A DNA stretch of 63,294 nt, the filler included. It is 3 parts of 3 records of this genome, joined end to end, with 100 filler letters (N's around TTAATTAATTAA, not from the genome) between each part and the next. Parts side by side here need not be neighbours in the genome. Positions count along the whole stretch, not along the records: positions 13,334 to 42,028 come from SRR2962707_1126; positions 42,129 to 63,294 come from SRR2962707_1136; 1 more part is not named here. The stretch is one strand, 5' to 3'. Shown one piece after another: positions 39,330 to 49,193 of this stretch; the stretch's first letter is position 1, and each line of letters starts with the position of its first letter. The position numbers and the translations under genes were made by a program. The notes below the pieces were generated by a model. That model was not told the DNA's origin and searched no databases. It saw nothing but the letters and a program-made list of their open reading frames with translations.

Positions 39330-40706
39330 TTATTCTATTTCTTCGATAGTGTATAATTGCGGAATTTCTGCATCCCAGCCATAAGTTTCCTTGATGCCTT
39401 TTTGCAATGCTTCTGCACTCTCTTTTTCACCGTGTATAATGAAAATGCGTTCGGGTTTGTTTTTTATACTGTCCATCCAGTCCATAAGCTCTGCGTGGTC
39501 TGCGTGTGCCGAAAGCCCTTCAATTTCTGCTACTTGCATTTTAAACGGCACCCATTTTCCATATACTTTTAGTTCTTTTTCACCTTCCAATAATTTTCTG
39601 CCACGAGTGCCTTCAGCTTGATAGCCTACAAAAAGTAAGGTGTTATTTGGATTTTGTGCCTGTGTTTCAAGATAGTTTAGCATTCTTCCCCCTGTGAGCA
39701 TTCCGCTTCCTGCAATCACGATTTTTGGTTTGTTATCTGTTCTTATTTCCATTGTTTCACGATAACTGCTTACGACCGTAAAGTGAGAACACATTTCGTC
39801 ACATTCGTTGTCCTCCAATCTGTGCCAATCGCGAGTTCTATGAAACAGTTCCAATACATTGGCACCCATCGGGCTGTCCATAATCATTTGTACTCTGGGG
39901 ATTTTCTTTTCTTTCAATAATTTCCAAAAGATGAGCATCATTAGCTGGGCACGTTCTACCGAAAAGCTTGGGACAAATAAGCTACCATCTCTGTTGATGG
40001 TATCATTTACTAATTTTTCAATATGTGGAAGTGCTTCTATTTCATCGGGATGAAACCTTCCACCATAAGTGGATTCAATGAAAAGCACATCCGCTTTTTT
40101 TGGTTTAAGGGGTGGATAGAGCAATAAATCATTGGTTCTACCAATGTCTCCTGAAAAGACAAAACGTTTTCCGTGCACATCCAACTCAATATAGGTTGCA
40201 CCCAGAATATGTCCGTTGTATTGGAAGCGAGCCCTAATACCATCAAATAACGGAATCCATTGTGATTGTGGAATTCCTTTAAAGTGTGGGATAGTTTTTT
40301 CTACATCCTTTAAATCGTATAATGGTTCTGCGGGACTGTGTTTGGAATAGCCTTCCTTATTGGCACGTTCGGCTTCCTGTTCTTGTATTTTTGCACTATC
40401 ATTCAAAATGATTTTTGCAATGTCCAAAGTAGGATTCGTACCATAAATGGGACCATTGAAGCCTTGTTTTACCAATCTGGGTAAATAACCTGTATGGTCC
40501 ATATGACCGTGGGTAAGCAAAACAGCATCAATATCACCTACATTAACAGGTGGGTACTCCCAGTTTTTAAGGCGTAATTCCTTTAACCCTTGAAAAAGTC
40601 CGCAGTCTATAAGTATCTTTCTATCTCCTGTATCCACCAAATATTTTGAGCCAGTCACGGTGCCTGCCGCTCCCAAAAAGTGGATGTTTATTTTTTTGTT
40701 TTTCAT
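39330..40706 (-). CDS. MBL-fold beta-CASP metallo-hydrolase (RNase-like)
   Basis: GAAGTVTGS, DCGLFQG, THGHMDH, GHILG, SGDIG, ESTYG, GYQAEGT.GR, SAHAD, IHGE. Confidence 0.92.
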   Translation of the reverse strand: MKNKKINIHFLGAAGTVTGSKYLVDTGDRKILIDCGLFQGLKELRLKNWEYPPVNVGDIDAVLLTHGHMDHTGYLPRLVKQGFNGPIYGTNPTLDIAKIILNDSAKIQEQEAERANKEGYSKHSPAEPLYDLKDVEKTIPHFKGIPQSQWIPLFDGIRARFQYNGHILGATYIELDVHGKRFVFSGDIGRTNDLLLYPPLKPKKADVLFIESTYGGRFHPDEIEALPHIEKLVNDTINRDGSLFVPSFSVERAQLMMLIFWKLLKEKKIPRVQMIMDSPMGANVLELFHRTRDWHRLEDNECDEMCSHFTVVSSYRETMEIRTDNKPKIVIAGSGMLTGGRMLNYLETQAQNPNNTLLFVGYQAEGTRGRKLLEGEKELKVYGKWVPFKMQVAEIEGLSAHADHAELMDWMDSIKNKPERIFIIHGEKESAEALQKGIKETYGWDAEIPQLYTIEEIE

Positions 40707-40720
40707 CGTTATAGTATTTA

Positions 40721-40975
40721 TTAATGTCCACCACAACAGGAAGGCGTATTTCCTTTGTCTTGGTTCGATTTGCTCAATTCCGCTATTTCGTTATATAGAT
40801 TGCGGGAATCCTCTTTTATTACGAGTGCCAACTTCTTTACGGATTTAGGCTCGAAGTGTACCATACCCAATAATATTTCGAGGGCTTCTTCAAGTAGTTT
40901 AGAATCATCTTCCAATGCTTGGTAAAATGGCTCTAAATCTATACGGTTCTGTTCTTTCAGTTCTTCTGTTTTCAT
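40721..40975 (-). CDS. Small hypothetical protein with C-terminal CCGGH
   Basis: 84-aa ORF co-oriented within the operon. Confidence 0.6.
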   Translation of the reverse strand: MKTEELKEQNRIDLEPFYQALEDDSKLLEEALEILLGMVHFEPKSVKKLALVIKEDSRNLYNEIAELSKSNQDKGNTPSCCGGH

Positions 40976-41013
40976 TTGTCCTATTTATTTAGATTAAAAA
41001 TTTAAGTAGTGCT

Positions 41014-41856
41014 CTAATGAATTCCACATAATTCTCTTGAATCTTCGAGAACCTTTTTGTGTCTTGATTTTGGCACTCCTACTTGTTCTAAAATTTTTGG
41101 GGTTTCGTGAAGCTCTTTACAGAGTACGATGCCTTCATCTAATAATTTTGTTTTTTCAGCTTTAGTAAGTGTTGTTAAAGCGGTTAAGGGATGTAGCCCA
41201 GATTTATCTATTCTGTCCTTGAGACCATTTCCTCTTGGATAATCCCAACTGCTTAAAAGCATTCCAACACATTTCCCGTACTGAATGGCATCGGTTGTGA
41301 AACGCGTATTGGTGTACACAGCTCCTTTATGAAGTTTAGCCTCGTGACCTTTTTGGTGTTCCCATTGCTTTTCTACGTCCAAAAACCGTGAATGGATATA
41401 TAATGGGATTTTTACATTACAAAATCTGCCTTGGTCGCTATGGTATTTGCATTCAATCATATAGTGTTTGTTTTCTTTTTGGGCGATAACATCAACTTCG
41501 TGCTGTACACAATTACCTTGAACTATTACACCAACCTGTGTTGAAAATCCTTCGTGTGCCAGTAGTTTGCCTACTAACTTCTCAAATGGGAAGCCAGAAG
41601 GACCTAATTCCATCAGGGCTTTTTTGAGTTTGTATTTTGAAGCACTTACTCTCGACTTACCTTTTAGCATTTTAAATGCCATTTGATAGATTTTTTTGGT
41701 GGTAATGCCTTCATATAATTGGTCTTCAACTTGCCCTACTATTTGCTGAATCAATTCTTCACTTGCTTGCGAACGTCTTAATGAATTGATAAGTTTATCC
41801 ACATCAAAGGCTACCACGTCGCCCGAATATTTTACTATGTTTATTGGATGTTTCAT
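41014..41856 (-). CDS. ATP-cone domain + Mrr-like PD-(D/E)XK nuclease
   Basis: IVKYSGDVVAFD..KL..SL...T..I ATP cone; G..FEK, HEVDVIA...IECK, TNTRFT.DA. Confidence 0.85.
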   Translation of the reverse strand: MKHPINIVKYSGDVVAFDVDKLINSLRRSQASEELIQQIVGQVEDQLYEGITTKKIYQMAFKMLKGKSRVSASKYKLKKALMELGPSGFPFEKLVGKLLAHEGFSTQVGVIVQGNCVQHEVDVIAQKENKHYMIECKYHSDQGRFCNVKIPLYIHSRFLDVEKQWEHQKGHEAKLHKGAVYTNTRFTTDAIQYGKCVGMLLSSWDYPRGNGLKDRIDKSGLHPLTALTTLTKAEKTKLLDEGIVLCKELHETPKILEQVGVPKSRHKKVLEDSRELCGIH

Positions 41857-42028
41857 TTTTTAATATGTATGGTCATTACAGGAAGTTCTGAATGATTGGT
41901 TACACCTTCGGCAATACTTTTTGAAAATAGGCTCAAAAAACCTGTCTTTCCGTGGGTACTCATCGCAATTAAATCTGCTGGCTGATGTTTTAAAAATGTA
42001 TTAATACCTGCCTCTACTGAAGATTCGT
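41853..42028 (-). CDS. Universal stress protein, C-terminal part (truncated by contig end)
   Basis: Manual translation …ADLIAMSTHGKTGFLSLFSKSIAEGVTNHSELPVMTIHIKK*. Confidence 0.8.
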
Positions 42029-42128
42029 NNNNNNNNNNNNNNNNNNNNNNNNNNNNNNNNNNNNNNNNNNNNTTAATTAATTAANNNNNNNNNNNNNNNN
42101 NNNNNNNNNNNNNNNNNNNNNNNNNNNN
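42029..42128. other. Artificial contig spacer (N44-TTAATTAATTAA-N44)
   Basis: Same structure as first spacer; ORFs on both sides are cut. Confidence 0.97.
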
Positions 42129-43454
42129 CTTAAGCTGCTCTTTGTACCGTTCATTTTCTATTGATTCTTTTATCAATGAAAGGTTTTCAAGAGAAACGCT
42201 CGCCTGGTTAACAAACGTGGTGACAATGTTCACCATCTCGCGGTTGAAGGCTTCAGAAACCTCATTAAGTAATACGATATATCCTATTTGCTTATCCTGC
42301 ACCTGGATTGGAAGAGCTATAATGGATTTGTAAGCGGAATGCTTAATTGAGTCACTAAGGCGGTTGAGATTAAGGTCTTTTTTGAAGTGAAAGTTCACCA
42401 CCTCTTTGATCGTGGGACTTTCAATTTTGGATTTGATTTCGTCTACCTGCTCATCTTTCAGGTTCCTTATGATTTGACGGATGCCTTCATCATCATGTGC
42501 CTCCAGCCAGGCCGCATCAGCAAATACTGCGCTCATCGAGCTTTCCAGCAACGTTTCATAGGTTTGATCTGTGGTTTCACCTCTTGGTACAGATTGACTT
42601 AGTTTTTGAAAATCCAGCGCTTCCTTGAGCTTCTGTTCAAAAACAGATGATGTTGGAAGGTTGAAAAGAGTTACAAGAACTGAGATCAATGCGTAGGCGA
42701 AAAGGAATAAGAAAAGCCCGTCAATAAAGACCCGATCAAGCATATTGAGGACCAACACACCTGTGCCTGAGAATTTCAGCAGGTTGAGGAAGAAATGATA
42801 CAGATAGATTCCGGACAAGATGATGAAAAGAATGCCTTTCCACTTCTGCTTAAAATTCAGGTAGGCTACCCATTTGAGGTTAAACACCAGAATCAGCGTG
42901 AAACTGCTCAAGATCACCAATGCAACATTGAAGTAATTCTCACCCAATGAGACATTGAAAAAATCAAAAACCATGGAAGCGACCAGGGCTATCTCAAAAA
43001 AGCTCCAGAGCTGAATCAGGTTTTTGGACTTCTGGTACAGAATCAATCGTTTCCATACTACTAGTGTGGAAATCATGAAAATCACCACAAGTCCTGTTAA
43101 GATGTTGTAAAAGAAGTTGATGGTAAGAGGGCTTTCCACCAAACTGCTGGAGGCAAATACGGTGAAGAACAGTTGAATCCCCAACGAAATAAGTGTGGTC
43201 ACCAATCCGGTGATGAATACTTTCCAAAGGAGATCAGTGAAATTGAGTGTATCAGCCTTGGTGATCACATACCGATAGTATGCGAATGTGAACAAGACAA
43301 AACCTGTAAAAAAGAGCTGAGGAAAGAAACTCGAGAAGTCTACCTTCATGTCATAGCTCCTCACAAAAAGCAAATAGATATTCGAGCCGGCAAACAGCAG
43401 CCAGAATATTATTGCTCCCAGAAAGCTTAATCGTATTTTGAGCTTGGTAGACAC
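42129..43454 (-). CDS. Multi-TM membrane protein with GAF domain, probably SpoIIE/PP2C phosphatase (3' end missing)
   Basis: About 8 TMs, LFNLPTS, GAF (SIIALPI...QASVSLEN), ends ERYKEQLK at the gap. Confidence 0.7.
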
Positions 43455-43520
43455 GGCGACAAAAATACCAACCTTATGCTACAATTGGGGTTGGTTACCG
43501 CAGTAACGGGTTAAAGAATG

Positions 43521-44003
43521 TTAAGCGGATGGAATGAGCGAAATGATCTTCTGAAGGTGTTGCTCGTCCACCTCATCGAAATCGTGGAGTTTATCACTGT
43601 CTACATCCAGTACTGCAATGATCTTATTGTTCATGTAAACTGGAATAACAATTTCTGATTTAGAAGCACTTGCGCAGGCAATATGTCCTGGAAATTCGTC
43701 CACATTGGGTACTATCAACGTTTTTTCTTCCTTCCATGAAGAACCACAAACCCCTTTCCCTTTCTTTATACGTGTACAAGCGACAGGTCCCTGAAAAGGT
43801 CCAAGTACGAGCTCGTCGGGTGAATCTACAAGGTAAAATCCAACCCAGAAGAAGCCGAGACCTTCTTTAAGTGCGGCAGCAATATTGGCCAAATTGGCAA
43901 CCAGGTTTTTCTCACCAAATAAGAGCCCTTCAATCTGCGGCAACAGTGATTGGTATTTTTCTTCCTTGGTCGCGTTGGATAGGATGGTTAAGTCTTCAGC
44001 CAT
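43521..44003 (-). CDS. msrC: GAF-domain free methionine-(R)-sulfoxide reductase
   Basis: WVGFYL, LGPFQGPVAC, GKGVCG, FPGHIAC, SEIVIP, LDVDS. Confidence 0.88.
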   Translation of the reverse strand: MAEDLTILSNATKEEKYQSLLPQIEGLLFGEKNLVANLANIAAALKEGLGFFWVGFYLVDSPDELVLGPFQGPVACTRIKKGKGVCGSSWKEEKTLIVPNVDEFPGHIACASASKSEIVIPVYMNNKIIAVLDVDSDKLHDFDEVDEQHLQKIISLIPSA

Positions 44004-45021
44004 TGGGATTCTTATATACAGTTAGTTGATCGTCTTCAATTTCCAGATTGCTCAATTCAATACCTTCAATAATTGGGGCAGCTATTCCCCGATCAAATTT
44101 GGCCTTGGAAGTGAAAATTCTAGCTTCATCCCAACAATTATTTTCGATAAAAGAGTTCAAAATAGTAGCGCCACCTTCTATAATGACCGATTGTATTTGA
44201 AGATCATAGAGACTGTCCAGTACTGAATATGGATTAGTTTCTTCGAGTTTTATCCATTGGATTGATCCGGATTTCTCCGATCTCATCCTATTAAAAACAA
44301 TTGTAGGAGCTGCTTCATTAAATAAATGATACTCTTTAGGCACTTCAAGCTTTCGATCTAAAAGTATTCGGATTGGATTTTTGCCTTCCCAATCCCTGGT
44401 GGTAAGAGAGGGATTGTCATGGATAGCTGTGTTCTTACCTACAAGTATGGCATCCTCTTCAGAGCGCCATTTATGGACTAGTTGCCGAGAAGAAGCATTG
44501 CTGATCCATTTCGAGTCAAAGTTTTCCCTGGCGATAAAGCCATCAGCCGTTTGTGCCCATTTTAGGATGATATAAGGCCTGTTTTTTGAGTGATAGGTAA
44601 GAAATCGCTGATTCAATTCGATAGCCTCTTTTTCCAATACACCAACAACGACTTCAATGCCTGCATCCTGTAGTTTTTTGATGCCTTTACCATCCACCTG
44701 ATCGAATGGATCTTCACCGGCAATCACTACTTTTTTTACATTTTTCTCTACAAGAAGATCTGCGCAAGGAGGTGTTTTTCCATGATGTGCGCATGGTTCC
44801 AGAGTGACATAAACAGTGGATTCTTTAAGTATTTCGGGATGCTCCACTGCATTCACTGCATTGACTTCAGCGTGTGCCTCACCATACTTTTTGTGATATC
44901 CTTCACCGATGATTTTATTGTTGTGGACAATCACGCACCCAACCATTGGATTGGGGGAAACCGATCCTCGCCCCAACTCTGCCAGTTCCAGTGCACGTCG
45001 CATGTATTGAATGTCGTCCAT
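43996..45021 (-). CDS. ribD: Riboflavin biosynthesis deaminase/reductase
   Basis: PNPMVGCV, HAE, TLEPCAHHGKTPPC, KWAQTADG, IEGG. Confidence 0.95.
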   Translation of the reverse strand: MDDIQYMRRALELAELGRGSVSPNPMVGCVIVHNNKIIGEGYHKKYGEAHAEVNAVNAVEHPEILKESTVYVTLEPCAHHGKTPPCADLLVEKNVKKVVIAGEDPFDQVDGKGIKKLQDAGIEVVVGVLEKEAIELNQRFLTYHSKNRPYIILKWAQTADGFIARENFDSKWISNASSRQLVHKWRSEEDAILVGKNTAIHDNPSLTTRDWEGKNPIRILLDRKLEVPKEYHLFNEAAPTIVFNRMRSEKSGSIQWIKLEETNPYSVLDSLYDLQIQSVIIEGGATILNSFIENNCWDEARIFTSKAKFDRGIAAPIIEGIELSNLEIEDDQLTVYKNPNG

Positions 45022-45044
45022 CGAATGTAGCTTCGCTATTGAGT

Positions 45045-45884
45045 ATGCAAAACGCAAAGCAAATCTGGCAAGAATCAGCGAAATGGCTTGAAAAAGTTTA
45101 TGATCGGAGGGAATCGGAAAACATAAGCTATCTTCTGCTTGAAGATCTATTCGGAATTGGCAGGGCAGATATTTTGACAGAGACTGAGCGATTAGTTGAT
45201 CCGGATCGACTTGAGCAATGCCTTCTCCGTCTTATGAATCACGAGCCTATTCAATATATAACGGGCATTACGGATTTCTATGGACGCAAGTTCCGAATAC
45301 AACCCGGTGCTTTGATTCCAAGACCTGAAACCGAAGAACTGGTTGAGCTAATCTTAAGAGAGAAGTGCGTGGATAAACCCAAGATACTTGACGTTGGGAC
45401 AGGATCAGGGTGTATAGCGATTAGTTTAGCTCTTGAGTTGGAAGGAGCAGTAACAGGAACCGATATTTCCACCGATGCATTGATCATAGCATCTGGAAAT
45501 GCAGCCAATCTTGGTGCTAATGTTGAGTTTATTAGGCATGATATTTTGACCGAACCTTTGATGGTTGGTGAGCTGGATATCATCGTTAGTAATCCACCTT
45601 ATATCCCTGAATCTGACAGGCAAGACATGGGCAGAAACGTGCTTGATTTTGAGCCATCAGAAGCCCTATTTGTAGCGGATGATGACCCGCTGCTATTTTA
45701 TAGAAGCATTGCAAAAGCCGGACTGAATGCACTTAAGCCGGATGGCAAACTTTATTTTGAAATTCATGAACGATTTGGTTCTGAAGTGAAAGAGATGCTG
45801 GAACAGCTTTCGTTTCAAAATGTAATTGTTCATCAAGACATGCAGGGAAAGGATCGAATGGTGTGTGCTTTAAGAATCTTATAA
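45045..45884 (+). CDS. prmC: Release factor glutamine methyltransferase
   Basis: EPIQYI, LIPRPETEEL, DVGTGSGCI, SNPPY. Confidence 0.95.
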   Translation: MQNAKQIWQESAKWLEKVYDRRESENISYLLLEDLFGIGRADILTETERLVDPDRLEQCLLRLMNHEPIQYITGITDFYGRKFRIQPGALIPRPETEELVELILREKCVDKPKILDVGTGSGCIAISLALELEGAVTGTDISTDALIIASGNAANLGANVEFIRHDILTEPLMVGELDIIVSNPPYIPESDRQDMGRNVLDFEPSEALFVADDDPLLFYRSIAKAGLNALKPDGKLYFEIHERFGSEVKEMLEQLSFQNVIVHQDMQGKDRMVCALRIL

Positions 45885-45885
45885 A

Positions 45886-46773
45886 TTATCGGAAAGAATA
45901 TTTCCATACTGCAAAGCTGTTTGATTCAACACCCGAAATGATAAATGCATCATTTTTATGGTCATAACATGAGGCCGGAAAATCCATTTTAATAGGAGTG
46001 GATTCTTCCAAAATCATCCATTTGTAATCCTTGAAAATCCACATTTCGGAATATACTTCTGCCTTTAATCTCCCACCCACCAAGTAGATACCGTGCGGAG
46101 TAGAAACCATAGAATGTCCAACGCTTGCTTTTGGTTTTTCTTCTAGTTTTAATTCTTTCCATCCCTTTTGATAAACCCATGTATCCGTAAACCAATTACC
46201 AGAGTGATCCCGTCCGCCATACAAAATGATTTGCTCCTTATAGACTCCCAAAGTAGCTCCGTAACGTGGGGAGGGATTAATGTCAGACGTTAACTGCTTC
46301 CAATCTGAACCATCCCATTGCCATAAGTCATTCAAAAATCCAGTTTCACCTTTACCACCGAAAACCAATAATTGTTCGTTGACATATAAACTGGCATGAC
46401 CCCATCTTGAAGGAATCGTTTGATCTAATGCGATCCAGGCTCCCTTTTCGTACTTATTAAGATTGCCGAATATTTCTTTTCCATTCCATCCACCAAAACT
46501 CATCAGATTCCCATTTATGTTGATAAAGAGTGTATTTGCTTCAATTTTTATGTCTGAATCGAGCTGTTTGAGGATACCACTTTCACTAAGAGTCCATAGC
46601 TCATCTGATACACCACCCTCCAATTTCCGACCACCATAAACAAAGATTGTACTTCCATCGGTTGTCATAGAATGAACCAATCTATTGGAAATATTCAACG
46701 GCATTTTCTTCCATTTTTGACCATAAGATGCAAGGCCGAATGTCATGAGAATGAGGACAACTATTTTCTTCAT
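45886..46773 (-). CDS. Secreted Kelch-repeat protein
   Basis: Repeated VYGG/SFGG/VFGG/LYGG/LVGG...W units; signal peptide. Confidence 0.85.
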   Translation of the reverse strand: MKKIVVLILMTFGLASYGQKWKKMPLNISNRLVHSMTTDGSTIFVYGGRKLEGGVSDELWTLSESGILKQLDSDIKIEANTLFININGNLMSFGGWNGKEIFGNLNKYEKGAWIALDQTIPSRWGHASLYVNEQLLVFGGKGETGFLNDLWQWDGSDWKQLTSDINPSPRYGATLGVYKEQIILYGGRDHSGNWFTDTWVYQKGWKELKLEEKPKASVGHSMVSTPHGIYLVGGRLKAEVYSEMWIFKDYKWMILEESTPIKMDFPASCYDHKNDAFIISGVESNSFAVWKYSFR

Positions 46774-48977
46774 AAGTTCAGCCAATAAGTAGCCTTGAAA
46801 ACGATCTGTCTGTTCTTAAGATCCAAACCATTCATTTCGTAATTGTCTGTGTAGACCAGGAAGAAATCGGACATGGGTCGGTATCTCCATTGGAACCGGG
46901 TAAAAAAGTTATAGTTCTCACTTTGGGAGTTGAACTGAACTGCTGATGTCAGGAACATGGAGTTCGAGAAGCTGATTTGTGCATTGGCACGAAGTAGGTG
47001 CAGGTTGGCCTCCCCAAAACTTCCCGGAAGTTCTACACGGTTATAATTGTAGGTGATCCCAAAATTACCCCAAGGCTGAGCTCGAAAATTAAGTCCGGTT
47101 GAAGTATTGAATCGTGTTCCATTGAAGAAGCTGCCAAAACCGGCAATCAGATCAACACTTACAATCTTACGGCGGTCTGTATTGTACCGGATATCTCCTG
47201 TTAGGAATTGATAATTTGCTACTGGTAACGGATCATAGTCATCACCTAAGAGGGAAGTTGGTACTGGCAAATTGACTTCTCGGCTTACAATATTGTACCT
47301 CAACCATGAGGTGTTTTTAAAATTGAAGTTATACCCATGTCCGGTCACTCGCTCATTTAGGCCACTACCATCTTGATTCAGGATAATGTTGGTCCAGAAG
47401 ACAGGTCCATGACTATTCAGCTTCCCTTCTGCCGGAAAGAATCGATAATTTCCCCATGGGTTGATTCGGGTAAATCCCTTTCTTGTAGTCTCTTCTGTGA
47501 TCGCATTGTAATTTTCTAATCTTGGATTAAAGCCTTGTTCAGTGATATAGTTTTCGCCTACAACATCCAGCGACCACCCACCTCTGAGATTTCTTCCATT
47601 GTAATTCCCATCAAATCCATAAAAGTGATTGTCACCTAAGTTTTCATCGGTGAAGGCTGAGTGAAAGCGTACCGTATTGCCAAATTTTCCATCATTTGAC
47701 AGGTAAGAAAATTCCAGGCCACCATTTCGGGCATACTGTCCCTCTTCCAGTGTTTCCCCAGCTGATCTGTTAATGAAGATGGCTTTGATGACCGATCTAT
47801 CCAAGACTTGCTGATGGATAGCTGCAATATGATAGTTTTGAACCACAATGGTGTCGTAATCACTAGTTTGGACATTCATCAGGCCGATGCGTGTCTTTTT
47901 GGTAAGGTTTCCAGTGAGGCGTGCTCCATATCGGATGGGGATTTGTTCACCGTCAATCAATCCAATTCTACGCGAGAAGAACGGCACAATTTGCCAGGTT
48001 CCGAAGTTGTTGAAGATGTCTCCATTTTCAAGGAAGAAATTTCTTCGCTCTGGAAAAAAGATGCTAAATCGGGAAAGGTTGGTGACTTGCTGGTCTACAT
48101 CCACGTTGGAGAAATCCGGATTGACTGTGAGATCTAGATTGAGTGATCCGGTGATGGCGATTTTTGCATCCAGCCCGGTATCGCTGGTTTTTTGATATTC
48201 TGTTTGCTCTTCTTCCTCAAAGTCACGTTGTGTGCCTCCTGATACATAGGGAATCAGTACTACTTTCCCAGATGCCTTTTTAGGATTTTGATCCCAATCT
48301 AATGTCCCCATAAAATTGAGGTCCACTCCACCGTAATTGACAGGGAACTGTGTCCAGGTAGAATAGGAATTTCGCTCCATATCACCCCGGATAAAATTGA
48401 TACCCCACTCAGCGTTGTTGGGCGAATAGCGTAACGTTTTAAAGGGAATGGCGAATTCAGCAATCCAGTATTCGTCGTAGTTCCTGACAGTCGAATACCA
48501 TTTGTTGTCCCAGTTTTGGTCATACTCGGTGCGCGGACCGCTCACGTTGAGTTGGGCTTCTATCTGTGATCCACCGGCGTTTACTCCGAACATAAATCCA
48601 TTCTGCTTATTGTTCATGGGATCAATGACCAATGTGAAATTGTCACTATTCCAGTGACCTTCATCATCGTCTCGTCGAAGCGATTGAACTACCCTGCTCC
48701 CATTGTCGTAGCATGTGGCAAGCACGTATAAATATTCCTCATCATAGGTGACTTTTACAGTGGTGAGCGTCTCTGACCTTCCGGAATCTACCGGCCAATG
48801 ATTCTGGAAATAGGGGATTTCTCTGACACTTTCCCAAGCAACATCCGTTGCTTCTCCATCAACTTGTATGGGCTCATTAGACTTATTGATGGAGTAGCGA
48901 AAGGTCTGGCGGGTTTCCTGACTAAAACAGCATAGCGGCAGTAGCAGGATACTGAATAAGAGATAGTTGGTTTTCAC
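46770..48977 (-). CDS. CBM9-like + DUF5916 outer-membrane protein
   Basis: W.AEFAIPFKTLRY, LTVNPDFSNV, FFPERRNFFLE, PFFSRRIG. Confidence 0.82.
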   Translation of the reverse strand: MKTNYLLFSILLLPLCCFSQETRQTFRYSINKSNEPIQVDGEATDVAWESVREIPYFQNHWPVDSGRSETLTTVKVTYDEEYLYVLATCYDNGSRVVQSLRRDDDEGHWNSDNFTLVIDPMNNKQNGFMFGVNAGGSQIEAQLNVSGPRTEYDQNWDNKWYSTVRNYDEYWIAEFAIPFKTLRYSPNNAEWGINFIRGDMERNSYSTWTQFPVNYGGVDLNFMGTLDWDQNPKKASGKVVLIPYVSGGTQRDFEEEEQTEYQKTSDTGLDAKIAITGSLNLDLTVNPDFSNVDVDQQVTNLSRFSIFFPERRNFFLENGDIFNNFGTWQIVPFFSRRIGLIDGEQIPIRYGARLTGNLTKKTRIGLMNVQTSDYDTIVVQNYHIAAIHQQVLDRSVIKAIFINRSAGETLEEGQYARNGGLEFSYLSNDGKFGNTVRFHSAFTDENLGDNHFYGFDGNYNGRNLRGGWSLDVVGENYITEQGFNPRLENYNAITEETTRKGFTRINPWGNYRFFPAEGKLNSHGPVFWTNIILNQDGSGLNERVTGHGYNFNFKNTSWLRYNIVSREVNLPVPTSLLGDDYDPLPVANYQFLTGDIRYNTDRRKIVSVDLIAGFGSFFNGTRFNTSTGLNFRAQPWGNFGITYNYNRVELPGSFGEANLHLLRANAQISFSNSMFLTSAVQFNSQSENYNFFTRFQWRYRPMSDFFLVYTDNYEMNGLDLKNRQIVFKATYWLNL

Positions 48978-49193
48978 GTTGAGCGTTCGTTGTTTCCTGT
49001 TTATACCAGATTTGAATGGTGTTGTTTCAAGCTTTTGTCAAACTGTATTGGGTAGCTCCTGAACAGCTTAAATGCCTTATTCATAACCTTTTAGGTAGAT
49101 AATGTGGTAGTTGGGAGATAGGAAATGGTTGTTTGTCGATGAAGACCGATTTGTGAACCGGAATTGATAAGTTTGAACGTTTAGGAATGAATC

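Larger units (their letters stand above)
13406..42028. mobile_element. Mosaic genomic island / decayed ICE region of a Flavobacteriaceae genome
   Basis: att-like end, Fic, AlbA fragment, repeat-bounded cargo, DUF932-like and DUF6266-like remnants, truncation junctions, metal-resistance cargo; no integrase inside the window. Confidence 0.6.

Noticed and set aside
42081-42128. ORF extension through the N run
   Set aside because: Poly-X translation of the spacer; the real gene is truncated at 42129
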